Shown: positions 24,369-36,399 of the stretch, piece by piece | How positions within the stretch are numbered: the first letter of the stretch is position 1 | Layout of the letters: every line of letters begins with the position of its first letter | Assembly (NCBI RefSeq): GCF_000281045.1 | Contig: NW_008246083.1 | Coordinates: 632,186 to 696,185 of the forward strand | DNA: 64,000 bases | DNA from: Saprolegnia diclina VS20 | Lineage: Eukaryota | Direction of reading: 5' to 3' | Notes under the pieces: generated by a model | What the model was told of the DNA's origin: nothing | Seen by the model: only the letters and a program-made list of their open reading frames with translations | Databases searched by the model: none | Made by a program: the position numbers and the translations under genes

Positions 24369-25334
24369 TTGTTTGCGGCGCTGAACCATTGCGAAAGTCA
24401 TCGGAGTGTCGCAGATGGTGGCCTTGAAACGGGACACGCTTCGATGCGCGCTGAAGGCGTGCCGCCCAAGAAGACTTCACTTTTGAAATCGCTGCAGATT
24501 GGCTAGACAAGGGTCTTGATAGTACCCAACACGCCTGTCGAGATAGGTGCAGTTGGTGTTTCGTAATTGGCACAAATTACAAGCCCTTTCTTCGTGATGG
24601 TCCTCGTCGCTGACGCCGTCGACTCGACTCGATCGTAGAGCTTTGCGTTATCGTGGGAAATTTGTGGTATGGACGAGAAGCGAGTGTCGTAGCCTTGTCT
24701 ACCAGTCTAGGTAACGCCACGGAGGACAGGATCACCTTAAAAAGCTCCAAAGGAGGTGGTGGAGCGACCTCCATCACGGTCGGTACACCCTAGCGTAGTA
24801 CCGGTGCAAGGGGATATTAACAATGTATGGTTCCCTTGCGGTGGTGCGTCGACCAATACGTTGCGGTTGAGGCGTACGCGGCTCACGTCCACCTCGCTGT
24901 CATCTGAGTTTAGTTGTTCGGACTCCATTACGACAGTGTCGCTAGGCTTGACAGATCGCCACAACATTAACAGCAACGAGACGTAGCGAGGTCGAATGGC
25001 CTACCACAGACTGCCTACGACAGACTACAGACATACAATATTGAGCCATCAATCAAGAAGACAACCACCCCGTCACAGGACGCGTCCACGCCAGTCGACG
25101 TAGTACTACCATATTTGGACCAAGCGCGTCGTTCTTGTTGCTGTCTCGAACCACACACGACGTTGATCTGCGCTGCGTGATCGTCAGACGTCGTCGCCTG
25201 GACCGTGGTGGGCCTGGACGCTTGCTTTCATGGGATGAGTAAGCGCCTGGACCATGTGTCGGGTGCCACCTGAGCCTGATACGAGGTCCCACGGCCATTT
25301 GGTCTGGTTGTCGGCGACGTCATTTTCAAATAGA

Positions 25335-25898
25335 ATGGCGCTCGTCCATTGCTCGTTCCAGCGCTGCGTCAACCTCGCCGCACCGCGCACCGACAAGTGC
25401 CAACTGCATCGGTTCCGGAGTGTCTGCAGCGTACCCGACTGCGTCAACCAGGTCTACGCCCGGCACCTCTGCGTGCGCCACGGCGGCAAAAAGACGTGCC
25501 AGCACCCGGCATGCTCGGCGAATGCGCGGTCGGGTCCCTTCTGCACCAAGCACGGGCGCGCCCCCGAGTCGGCGCTCTGCACGATCAGTGGGTGCACTAA
25601 GGCCGCTCACCTGCGCCGACGCTGCATTCAACACGGCGGCGGCAAGCCATGCCTAGTCCCGAGCTGCAACGCCAACGCACGAGCGCGCGGCGTGTGCTGG
25701 CGCCACCGCTTCAAGCCACAGACTGAACTCTTCGGACCGTTGATGGACCCTGTGGAGCTCTCAGAGCTTGAACGGGGGGAGCTCGTGTCGCTGCTCGAAG
25801 ACTGGCTGGCGCTCGAGGCGGCATTCGATGACACTGCGACGACGGACGAGGCAAGGAGTGTCTCGTCATCGCTCAACAATTCGATCGTTTCGTCGTAG
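25335..25898 (+). CDS. WRKY19-like zinc-finger repeat protein, subfamily B, acidic C-terminus
   Basis: CSVPDCVNQVYARHLCVRHGGKKTCQHPAC...CIQHGGGKPCLVPSC..CWRH; Inr-like TCATTTTCAAAT just upstream. Confidence 0.87.
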   Translation: MALVHCSFQRCVNLAAPRTDKCQLHRFRSVCSVPDCVNQVYARHLCVRHGGKKTCQHPACSANARSGPFCTKHGRAPESALCTISGCTKAAHLRRRCIQHGGGKPCLVPSCNANARARGVCWRHRFKPQTELFGPLMDPVELSELERGELVSLLEDWLALEAAFDDTATTDEARSVSSSLNNSIVSS

Positions 25899-26303
25899 AC
25901 AAGACTAGACGAGACAGTTTTCAAATATATAAAGACCACCTGTACGCTTGACGTCTTCTCCCTGTACCAGCGCTGTTTTGGATGTTTTAGTAGACCTGGC
26001 GCAGACTTAGATTTCATTTCTGAGCGCGGCTGAGCCACAAGTTCGGACTAGAACGTATTTATTTACCTTTGGCCGACGACAAAATTCCGGACGACGATCG
26101 GCGTTCACCAGACAACCCTGCTACGCGTTGCCTCGGATGGCTGCATAGAAAGGCAGCTGCGACCGTCCCGCTCGGCAAGAGCCCAGCACCCGTTCAATTG
26201 TGGGGAGCCCAGACGCGCCTGGATAGCACCAGTGTCAAGCGGCGCCGAGACAAGTAAGGGACGCACACTTTAAACACACAAAACTACTATAGATAGAGGG
26301 CAG

Positions 26304-26972
26304 CTACGACGACGACGCGACGGAAGCTCCATCGTCATCGTCGTCCTCTTCCTCTTCTTCCTCGTCATCATCATCATCGCGGTGGTGACTGCGTTCGGTT
26401 TGAGCTGCTCGGCGCTGGCGCTCTTCGTGCTGCTCTTCTTCTTCCTCCTCCTGGAGAAGGCGGCCAATCTCGTTGCGCATCTCCTTGAGGTTCTTCTGCA
26501 GCTCGCCGCAGAGGATCGTGAGGTCCTCGACGCGCTTCTCCATGACTTCCTCGACGGGCTTGCGCTTGGGCGCGAGGCGCGGGAGGTTCTTCCAGTTGCC
26601 GCGGCGAAACTGCGGGTGTTGAAAGTCGTACGCAGTCCCGTCCTTGCGCTTCGCCCGCTTAAAGCCGTAGCCGTTGAGGATGCGCGCAAAGCTGTGGAAG
26701 CGAATGCCTTTGAAGTAGACCGTGAGGATCTCCTCTTCAAAGGCCGGGATGTCGAGCACGGCGAAGGCGGTGCCATTGCACGTCCACGTGGCCACGCACT
26801 TGCGCGACGACTCGAGCGCGCAGTAGACGCGCTGCATGTAGAGCTGCGGGTGCTTGGACCAGGAGCCGGTCGCCGAGACCTCGATCGAGTCGATCGACTT
26901 GCGCGGCGCCGCCGTCTGCAGGACGCCCCGGCGCGGCTCGGCCGGCGGGAGCGGGGGCATGGACCGGTCCAT
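26304..26972 (-). CDS. HSF-type DNA-binding transcription factor
   Basis: ATWTCNGTAFAVLDIPAFEEEILTVYFKGIRFHSFARILNGYGFKR..FQHPQFRRG, then a short coiled coil and an acidic tail. Confidence 0.9.
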   Translation of the reverse strand: MDRSMPPLPPAEPRRGVLQTAAPRKSIDSIEVSATGSWSKHPQLYMQRVYCALESSRKCVATWTCNGTAFAVLDIPAFEEEILTVYFKGIRFHSFARILNGYGFKRAKRKDGTAYDFQHPQFRRGNWKNLPRLAPKRKPVEEVMEKRVEDLTILCGELQKNLKEMRNEIGRLLQEEEEEEQHEERQRRAAQTERSHHRDDDDDEEEEEEDDDDDGASVASSS

Positions 26973-28002
26973 CTCGAGTCTCTTCCTCGTGCTTCTTGCA
27001 AGCGGAATGGAATGTAGGTCCTCTTGCGATCCACGGAAGTCCGCCGCTTGGCCAATCAAACTCGCAGTTCGCCTTCGATCTTCGGATGTATCCGTAGTTC
27101 GAAGCCAATGCGGAACTGACTTGCTGGCCACTCGCCTCTGGCTTGCGCATTTGCAGCGTCGCGTCCTGATCGTCTCCGAGCGCCGACCGCGACCGACGCA
27201 CTTGCACTTGATGGATATATAAATATATGCTGTATGGAGCAGCGCTCGTCGATTTGCTTTGAAATCTTGGCAACAACGATAACGAAAAATTGCTGTGCGG
27301 GTTCGAACCGCGTACTAGATCTTGGTTGGGCAAAAAGCAGATCTTTCTTTGGCTCAGGCGTTGCTTGGACGTCTTTCTCGCATGCTGGACAATTTAACTA
27401 TCTATGCTGCATGAGGCACCACTATGAAGCGCCGTCCTACGTTCAGCAAACTACGGTCTTATTTCTTATTCTTGGCGATGGTTGAAAGCACCAAAATGGC
27501 AGCTACTCGCACGACAATGTATCACCGTACGTGACTGTGGTGGAGCCAATACTCATGTGCTTCCATCAATAGGGGTCGAGAGACAGCGTGTTGATTGAGC
27601 CCCAGATCGAGAAGACGTTTTTCGTTATCACCAAAGTAGCAGTTTATGGCTGGGCGGGAATGCACTTGCATTTTGTAGCGACGTACTTCAATTGGTCGGA
27701 ACAGATCGCCGGTGTTTGGCTGTTTCGGGCTCGCACGCTCCCACAAGCAACACTACGCAGGTAACGACGCTACACAGCGCGTATCTTTGGGTCGAGCGGC
27801 CGCTCCGCTCGTTTCTCCCTTTTCTATATCGGCGGGACCATCGCTGGCGAGCACCAACTTATTGCTGAAACCATTCGGCTTGTTCGAAAAACCACGTCGT
27901 CCCATTGGCCGTCGATCGAGAATATCGAACGCCGGTTCTATATTACATGTACGACTGATATTACTCCAAATATGATTAAATATTTGACCAGAATATCTCG
28001 AT

Positions 28003-28578
28003 CTAGTCGTCGCTGGCTTTCACAGCTTGCTTCAATGTCTCTTCGTAGTGCTCGAGGCAGAACCCATGGAGGCGGGCAAATGTCGTGCAGTCGGCGACCT
28101 TGCACTGACTGCCGCCGCCGTGCACGCGGCAACGCCCGCCGGTTTGCGATGGCGTCGAGCAGCCCTTGACCGTGCAGAGGCTGGCGCCGCCGTGCCGCGA
28201 GCAGCGCCCAAACCGCCGCGCGTACGACTGGCACCCCGGCGTCTTGCACATGCGCGTGGCCGGCGCCGGCTTGGCTTTGCACACGATGCGCGTCATCGGC
28301 GTCGGGCCGCTCGGGCTCATGGTCGGCGGCTCGGCCGGCGTGACCGGCGACCGCGGGCTCTTGCAGCCTTGCGTGTGCCAGTGCATAATGCAGTGCCCAT
28401 GCAGCTTGGCGAATTTGGAGCAGCCGGCGACCGCGCACGCACCGTTGGCCGCGTTGATCGAGACGACGCCGTCCGTGACCGTGATCGTGAGCGCGCTCTC
28501 GTCACCAGCCACCTTGGCGTGGGCTTGGATGGCGGCGACGACCGACGCAATGAGAGAAGTCACCGTCGCAGCGTCCAT
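28003..28578 (-). CDS. WRKY19-like zinc-finger repeat protein, subfamily A
   Basis: CAVAGCSKFAKLHGHCIMH...CKTPGCQSYARRFGRCSRHGGASLCTVKGCSTPSQTGGRCRVHGGG. Confidence 0.88.
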   Translation of the reverse strand: MDAATVTSLIASVVAAIQAHAKVAGDESALTITVTDGVVSINAANGACAVAGCSKFAKLHGHCIMHWHTQGCKSPRSPVTPAEPPTMSPSGPTPMTRIVCKAKPAPATRMCKTPGCQSYARRFGRCSRHGGASLCTVKGCSTPSQTGGRCRVHGGGSQCKVADCTTFARLHGFCLEHYEETLKQAVKASDD

Positions 28579-29131
28579 GGCAAAAGCAAAATGGGCTCGG
28601 CAATCCGCGCGGCACTGCAATTGTTGGGGACGCAAAACCAGTCAACAATTGCAGTGCAGCAACGATCCCATCCCAATATACGGTACCTGCGTTGAATCGA
28701 CCCTTCACAACGCTGGCAGCTCGGTGGGTCGTACTGTCTTCGACGAGCGCAACGCAACCACGCGGCCCCGTGGAAGACCAGCCCAGAGGGACGATGCTAC
28801 GTAGGTAAATATATACATATATACAGAGCGTCCGTGCAGCAGCGAGGAGCTATGAGACTTCTATCGCATCTAGAACTGGCAGTTTGGAAAGCTGATTTCT
28901 TCCAAACAAAATCGCTCATTCTACGTACTATCTAGGAATATCCCAGTCGATGAGCGAGTTGGCTCATCGAACGAGTTGCGTTGGCTGCGAGAGCAATTGT
29001 TGACACGCCAACTGGCCGGCGCATACGATGCAACCGGTCAACATTTGCGCCGCTTTGTGACGAGTGCAGTCGACAATTGATTGGCGCAAAAACAAACTCT
29101 ACTATTCCTACTGTCGATCCAAGATATAGGA

Positions 29132-31838
29132 CTACAACGCAAACGTTGTCTTCTTGGTGCTCTTTTTGAACGGGTTGCTCGACGTCTTGGAGAGCGCGCC
29201 GAGCTCGCCGCTGAGGCTGAGCCGGTTGGCCGATACGATCGCACCAAACATGCTGCTCGCGCCCGACTCGCGCTTCTTGTGCGCCTTGGGCTTCTTGACC
29301 ACGTCCGAGTCGGACTCGGTCTCGTCCGTTGAGCTCGTTGGCATCTGGAGCTTGACCTTGCGCACGGCGGCGTCCAGGGCCGACGTCGTCTTGGGCTGCG
29401 GCGTCGATGACGCGACCACCTTCTTCTTGAGCGGCATGACGGGCTTGAGGTCGTCAAAATCATCGTCCGACGACGAGTCCTCGATCACGCGCTTCTGCAT
29501 CTCCATCGCAATCGCCTTGCGCTTGTTGGACGGCTTCTCCGCGGCCACGGGCGACGGCTTCTTCGGCTCGGCCGCCTTGGGCGAAGGCTTCTTCTGCGAG
29601 AGCTTCGCATCGTCCTCCGACTCGGTGACCTGCGACGCCACCGGGGTCACCACCGGCGCCGCACCCTTGGGCGAGGCCTTGGTGGGTTCCGGCGATACAA
29701 CCGCCGCTACCACCTCGGTCGACACCGCCGCAACAGCCTTGGGCTTGGGGCTGGCCTTCTTCGGCGTCGGGGCCGTCGCTACATTGACAACGGTCGGTGC
29801 CTCGACAGCCACCTTGGCCTTGGGCGTGCGCTTCTTTGGGACAGGGGAGACGACCGTTGCGGCAGCGCCCTCAGCAGCGACTTCTGCGACGGCAACCTTC
29901 GGCTTGGGGCCGCGCTTCTTGGGGGCGGGTGACACCTCGGTGGTAGCCACAGCAGCAACAGGAGCAGCGTCGACAGGCGCCGACTCGGCGACCACCTTGG
30001 GCTTGCGCCCACGCTTCACCGGCGCGGGCGAGTCGGTAGTCGGAGCCGCTTCACCTTCCTCGACCACCTTGGGCTTGGTNNNNNNNNNNNNNNNNNNNNN
30101 NNNNNNNNNNNNNNNNNNNNNNNNNNNNNNNNNNNNNNNNNNNNNNNNNNNNNNNNNNNNNNNNNNNNNNNNNNNNNNNNNNNNNNNNNNNNNNNNNNNN
30201 NNNNNNNNNNNNNNNNNNNNNNNNNNNNNNNNNNNNNNNNNNNNNNNNNNNNNNNNNNNNNNNNNNNNNNNNNNNNNNNNNNNNNNNNNNNNNNNNNNNN
30301 NNNNNNNNNNNNNNNNNNNNNNNNNNNNNNNNNNNNNNNNNNNNNNNNNNNNNNNNNNNNNNNNNNNNNNNNNNNNNNNNNNNNNNNNNNNNNNNNNNNN
30401 NNNNNNNNNNNNNNNNNNNNNNNNNNNNNNNNNNNNNNNNNNNNNNNNNNNNNNNNNNNNNNNNNNNNNNNNNNNNNNNNNNNNNNNNNNNNNNNNNNNN
30501 NNNNNNNNNNNNNNNNNNNNNNNNNNNNNNNNNNNNNNNNNNNNNNNNNNNNNNNNNNNNNNNNNNNNNNNNNNNNNNNNNNNNNNNNNNNNNNNNNNNN
30601 NNNNNNNNNNNNNNNNNNNNNNNNNNNNNNNNNNNNNNNNNNNNNNNNNNNNNNNNNNNNNNNNNNNNNNNNNNNNNNNNNNNNNNNNNNNNNNNNNNNN
30701 NNNNNNNNNNNNNNNNNNNNNNNNNNNNNNNNNNNNNNNNNNNNNNNNNNNNNNNNNNNNNNNNNNNNNNNNNNNNNNNNNNNNNNNNNNNNNNCTCGCC
30801 TTCGACAGCAGGAGCGGCTTCGGCAGCGTCCTTAGCCTTGACGATGCGCTTCTTGGGGGCCGGCGTCACTTGGGTCGTTGCGGCCTCGGCAGCCGGCGTT
30901 GTCGGCGTCTTCTTTTCCTTGACGACGGGTGTCGTGGCGACAACCGCAGCAGCAACGACGGGCGTCTTCTTCTTGATCGGCTTGTCATCTTCGTCTTCCG
31001 AGCTCGAGTAGATGGGCACCGAGGGGAGCTCGAAGGCCTTCGTCGCCGCCGCCTCCTGCGAGATCTCGACCTGCGTAGGAACGGCAGGCGCAGCCTCAAC
31101 CGGAGCAGCCGCCTTGACGACCTTCGCCTTGACAACCTTCTCCTTGATGACCTTGCCCTTGACGACCTTGTCCTTGACGACCTTCTCCTTGACGACCTTC
31201 TCCTTGACGACCTTGTCCTTGGCGACGTTCTCCTTGACGACCTTCACCTTGGGTGTAGCCTCCTTCGGGACGACCACCTTGACCGCCGTCACCTGGGCAA
31301 CCTCCACCGGAGCGGCCGTTGCGACTTTCTTGGTCTTCTTCAAGCTCTTTTCGGCAGTGGCCTCCGGTGCCGGGGCAGGCTTCGCAGTCTTGGGCTTGGG
31401 CGCGACAACCTTGGGCGCGACAGCCTTGGCCGCGACAGCCTTGGCCGCGACAGCCTTGGCCGCCTTCGGCTGCTCGGTAGTAGGGGCAGACGTCGCCATC
31501 TTCTTGGCCTTCTTGGCCGGGGGCTGGTTGGCCTCGGCGTCGGGCACCGCACGCTTGTGGATGCGGCCCGTCTGCACGTACACGACTTCCATCTCGTCGA
31601 AGGCATCGGCGACCGTCATGCTCGGATCGACGTCGGCCATTGGCGCGTCGGTATGGTGGCGGACATTGATGCCCGGGATGGCCTTCTGGAGGTAGAGGTC
31701 CGCCGAGAGTTCGTCACGGTCGTGGTAGATGCTCGAGAACTTGGTACGGACGTCGGAAGCGAGCGTCTTGATGGAGCTCTCGCCGTCGACGGTGACGAGG
31801 AAGACCTCCTGGTCCGGGCACGCCACGAGCAGCTTCAT
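29132..31838 (-). CDS. Large Lys/Ala/Val/Pro-rich low-complexity nuclear or nucleolar protein with a small globular N-terminal domain (spans gap)
   Basis: Open frames on both sides of the gap with the same composition; KVVKEK and AKAVA repeats, KRGRKPK/KKRGPKPK motifs, acidic SSDDD patches. Confidence 0.75.
30080..30794. other. Assembly gap inside a repetitive CDS
   Basis: Run of N. Confidence 1.
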
Positions 31839-33090
31839 TTCGGCCGAGGATTAGAGTGAGCCAAATAGCCCAGCGACAGCAATCTGCGTCTCTGATTGGT
31901 CAAAATGATTGGCCTTTAGGGGCGAGGTACCACATACAAACACCAAGTGAAATCCATTCGATTCGAACGATTTTTCAAGCCCGTTTTGGCGCCGACTGCT
32001 TAGGAGCGGTGAAATACCTTCAGCGCACGGAACAGGAGGCTGAAATCACACAACTTCGCGTGCACCGGCAGACGCTGGTATCGACTAGCGTTCCGATTCA
32101 CGGCGTCCCAGCGACCAAACGTGGAGCATTCCAAGCACTGGCAGAGAAGGCGACCAGGTGCAGACGCTACCCCGTATCAGTACAACGAGGTAGCGAGACT
32201 GGCACGGCCTCTGCGGATTGACTGGACGCGACAGTGGAGCGTGTTTCGTCAAAAGCCGCATATTCCCCAACTGCACCCAAGGGAAATTAGGAAAATGCGG
32301 GGATTCGAGTCCACGACGGACGAAGCCAACGTGCTGTGAGTCGGTATATGTGAGCCATTCCCGCATTTTGGTCGAATGCAAAGTTTGGTCTTGACGGCTA
32401 AGAACTGAGTGGGCGTTGCCGGTTGCAGTATGGTCAAGGTTTTGGCAAGACGCAGGGGAAAATATGCGTGTTTTGTCCATAAAAATTCCATCGATCCGCA
32501 CAATATGCGGGTTTTGTCCTGGGTCGGACCGACGGTTGCAGCTGTCGTTCCCTATGCTCGTGAGATAGCTGCCGCGCCGTCGCATTTGGAATCAATTCGG
32601 CGTATGCGTCTTTTGTCTTTAGCATGGGCGTTGGCAAGAGCTGCGTCTGGACCAAAATCAAATCCAAACAAATCTGGTTATTATAATACTATCTCGTAGC
32701 TCAGAAGGGTCATGGACAGCGTCATGATCCTTCTCCAAAAGCCTTCTCTCTACGAGTTGGTTTCATCGCAATGGAAATCCCACTGCTACGTTCTCTTGCT
32801 TTTGCAGCGTGCGATAGAAAGGTTGTTCCCGAGTCGAAGCGCAATTTGGAGCTTGTCGTCTTCGCATGAGCAACGTCTTTGTCAGCGCTAGGCTCCGACA
32901 CTGTGTGTTGGTACCTGGCATCTCGAGCACGACGCTCACAGTCCACCGTCAACGCTGGCGGTCATCACAGTCCCGGAAGCTTCCGCGCCCACTCTGCCGT
33001 CGCTACCGCGATCTCGCCATCGTAACGTTATCGCATCAGACTAACGCGACTCGATGCAAACGGATGTCGGTTGTCGCGTCAACGTCCCAA

Positions 33091-33114
33091 CGACCGACCG
33101 ACCGACCGACCGAC
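33091..33114. repeat. (CGAC)6 microsatellite
   Basis: cgaccgaccgaccgaccgaccgac. Confidence 0.9.
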
Positions 33115-34399
33115 ACGACTTTGGCAGGCCGCGGGGCGCCGTTCCACCTCCAACGCCATGGACACTGGCATTTGACGCCGTCTTGACTACGTTTCGTCAA
33201 CGGAAGGGACGAGGCACGGTACGAATCCCAGCTTGCATCATGCTTGCGGCATCATCGCTGTCATCGCCATGACATCATCCGTCCCCCGAATCTCCGACTC
33301 TCTCTCATTTACGCCAACGACAACGACGAGGGACAACGACGCAAGGCTTACGGAGTTCAAGGATCTCGATGCAATTTTAGTTTGTACTAACGTTATAGTA
33401 CATTCTCCGCCTTTACGTAGTCGTGGGACCCATTCCAGACATGCTGTGCTCATAAAAGGCACTTCAACCTAATTTGTCGAGCGTGGATCCCACCCACTTG
33501 GCGTTGGGCGAAGGATTGCTCTCGATACAACGACAGTACCGAGCAAGCTTGGTTCGAGCTCCTCGGTTTGTATTGTCTGACGTCGAGTAGCTCAGCGTTG
33601 CAACCACCAAGCGCAAAAGGGAGGATCGCATGAAGTCCTAGGATACTTTTCTTGTCCCACTACCCCCGTAGGACTGCTGACGAAACACACATATTTCGTC
33701 CGGTCGCTGCCGAATAATGAATAGCGGTCAAGAAGCCATGTACTCTCTCTCCTACCGCAGACAAATTAGCCTGGCGCAAAGGCGACGCACAAGATTGAAG
33801 CGGCGGCTGGCGGTTGTTCATATTCATATTGCATTAGCCAAGCGCACTTGTCGTGTCAACGCGTGACTTACGACGACGGTGCTAGAGCGACGGCCGCCCA
33901 TTTCGTCTACTCGACGCATGTCGGGTGTGGTAGAAATACGGGCGCGTCCCTTCCACAGTGGCTCCATTGAAGCAGGCGTGTCCCATGGCAACCATATCGC
34001 TTGCCGTCGTACTGAATATTGCGCCACTTGGTGTTTGTATGCCGAGGCAAATCCGAGGGCGCGCTCAAGCTACCAATATCGAACGCCGGCTTTTTTTCCG
34101 TGCCAGCTTCAACATATTGTTCAACTCGAGCGCGCCTTCGGGAGCTCGAGACATAGTGAGGCATGGCCAACGCGGTACAGCGGCGTCTGTTTAGGATCGG
34201 CGACAGGCCGACGCTTGTCAAGGGACGAAGGGCAGCGGTCGACTACCGCGCAGCGCCCCGCGATCTTTGGAAAACCTCTAGAACATAGTACATCTGTGTG
34301 TTTGGCTGCGGGTAACACCCGTGAAAATTAATTTTTGGGTCGCCGGGCGTCAACCTGGGTCGCGCAGATCCCAATTCTCAGCAAGAAGGACCGGCGGCG

Positions 34400-36326
34400 A
34401 TGCATAGTACCAAGTACTACAGCGCCTCATGGCTGCAGACGGCCGAGAACACGAAGAACCACGTAGGCTGACGCGGCCATGGCGGCGCTGACCCTGCGAT
34501 GTAGATGCTCATGGTCTGTCTGGCGATCCTGCACTCGATGGACCACATCCAAGAGCGCTTTGGCGTCTCGAGCGACGTCGTCCAGGACGCCAAGCGCCAT
34601 TTGCACCAGCTACTGCACTTTGACATTGCGAGCACGTCGCTGCCGTCCATCTCGGAGGCATGGACGGCGAAGGTCAACTCGTGCGACATTTGGGCCTCGG
34701 ACGCCGGCGGCTTTATCGCATGGCTCATCGACAGTACGACACGCTTGCATCCCATGGCTCATGCACGATGCGTGGATAGCGATCAAGTGGATCTCGGACT
34801 TTGTCCACGCAGCGTACGACCACATCTACTCGTGCGCGCAGGCGATCCCATATGTGCCCACCGCGTGCGCGCAGCTCGGCAAGATCTACGACTGCTGCAT
34901 GTCGTCGTCGCCGCCCGACTCGCCGACGTCGGCCATGTCCTTTCCGTCGTCGATACACGAACCGCCCATGACGCCGTACCAAGACACTTGTACGAACATG
35001 CGCCCTGGCTCTTCTCACGTGGCATCCGGTAGTTTTGGCCATCGTGCTCGAGTACCGCGAGAAGGACGACAACCTCATGAGCAAGCGCATGCGCCGCATG
35101 ATGCACTTCACCGTACTGCATCCACGCACCTACATGCATGTGAGTTCTCACGCCTTGTCCTTGACGCAGATGTCGGCGCGGCCCTTTGAAGCCACCGTGC
35201 AGCTGCCGCCGGTTCCTCGTCATGAGGTGCAACCTGCCATAGAGCAGCAGCAGCAACTAACTGCCTCAACTAGCTGCTCGCCAATTCACAAGCAATCTAC
35301 AACACAGGCCTCACACCGCAGTCGATCCCGGCCTCGCCCCGCGCGCGTGCTCAGATGACCGCCTCGCTCTCGTCCTTCTCGACCGACCTCCTCTACCACG
35401 CACGGGACCAGCTCCGACAAGAGCGCGCTGGTAGCGCCGACGCCATGGCCCTTCGCGCGTCTCATGCACATTGACTAGCCATGCTGCAGGGAAAGCAGCG
35501 CGATGACATTATCGTGCCCAACTTTAACCACCAAGACTGCGCACCCGAGATCCAGCTCTCTTGCGGCGGCCACTGCGCCACCAAGGTACACCGATGCTTC
35601 TGCTATCCAGGTATCCAAGACCACGTTGTTGGATAGATCCACCAGGGGCTGTACCGCACGGTTCGTGCCAACGTGGCTATCCCGATCGAGAAGGCGCTGT
35701 ACTTTGAAATGAGCATTGTCCAAGCGCCGTCGCTCATCACATCGTGCATTGGCCTCTCGTCGCCGGCAACCCTACCCCTCAACGCGCTCGTCGGGACGCA
35801 GAAGCACTCGGTAATACCCTTTGAGGTCTTCCTTCCGAGCTCACGTGTCTACACTAGATTGGCCTCTTTTCGTCGGGTACGATCCTGGCCCCGTCGCTGC
35901 AAGTCACTCCGATCGAGTCGCTCGTCGCGACCGGCTCGTCGACGATCGGCGTCCTATTGTACCGGTACCCCGACACGCCGAGCATGCACATTGTGCAGGT
36001 AGCGTACACCGCTTTCAATTGCTCAACTAAAATGGACGATCTAGGTCCAGTTTGGCAAGCTCACGCCGCGCTCGATCGCTGTCTCGGGCATGTGCGAGCT
36101 CCGCGTGCCGGCTGAGATTGAGCTGTTTCCGACGTTGAGCTTGCACTCGACCCAAGTCCCGGTGCTCGGGCGCTTCAGCCCCTGCGACTTTGTCTGCTCC
36201 ATGGACGGTCTCCAAGCTTTTGACCTCACCGCCGACTACCACACGATTTACGGCCTCGACGGCAGTGTGTGGAGCAGCCAAAGTAGTAGCTCAACCCTTC
36301 CGTCGCCCTTGCCGGTCGACGTCTGA
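34400..36326 (+). CDS. Multi-exon protein with C-terminal SPRY/B30.2-like domain
   Basis: LYRTVRANVAIP..LYFEMSI..CIGLS..LPLNALVG..STIGVLLY..ELFPTLSL pattern typical of SPRY; short GT-AG introns. Confidence 0.65.
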
Positions 36327-36399
36327 AGGACCTTCTCATCTTGTACCATAGACCATCATTATATATTACTAATAATCGTCAAAGCATCGACTCTGCGCA

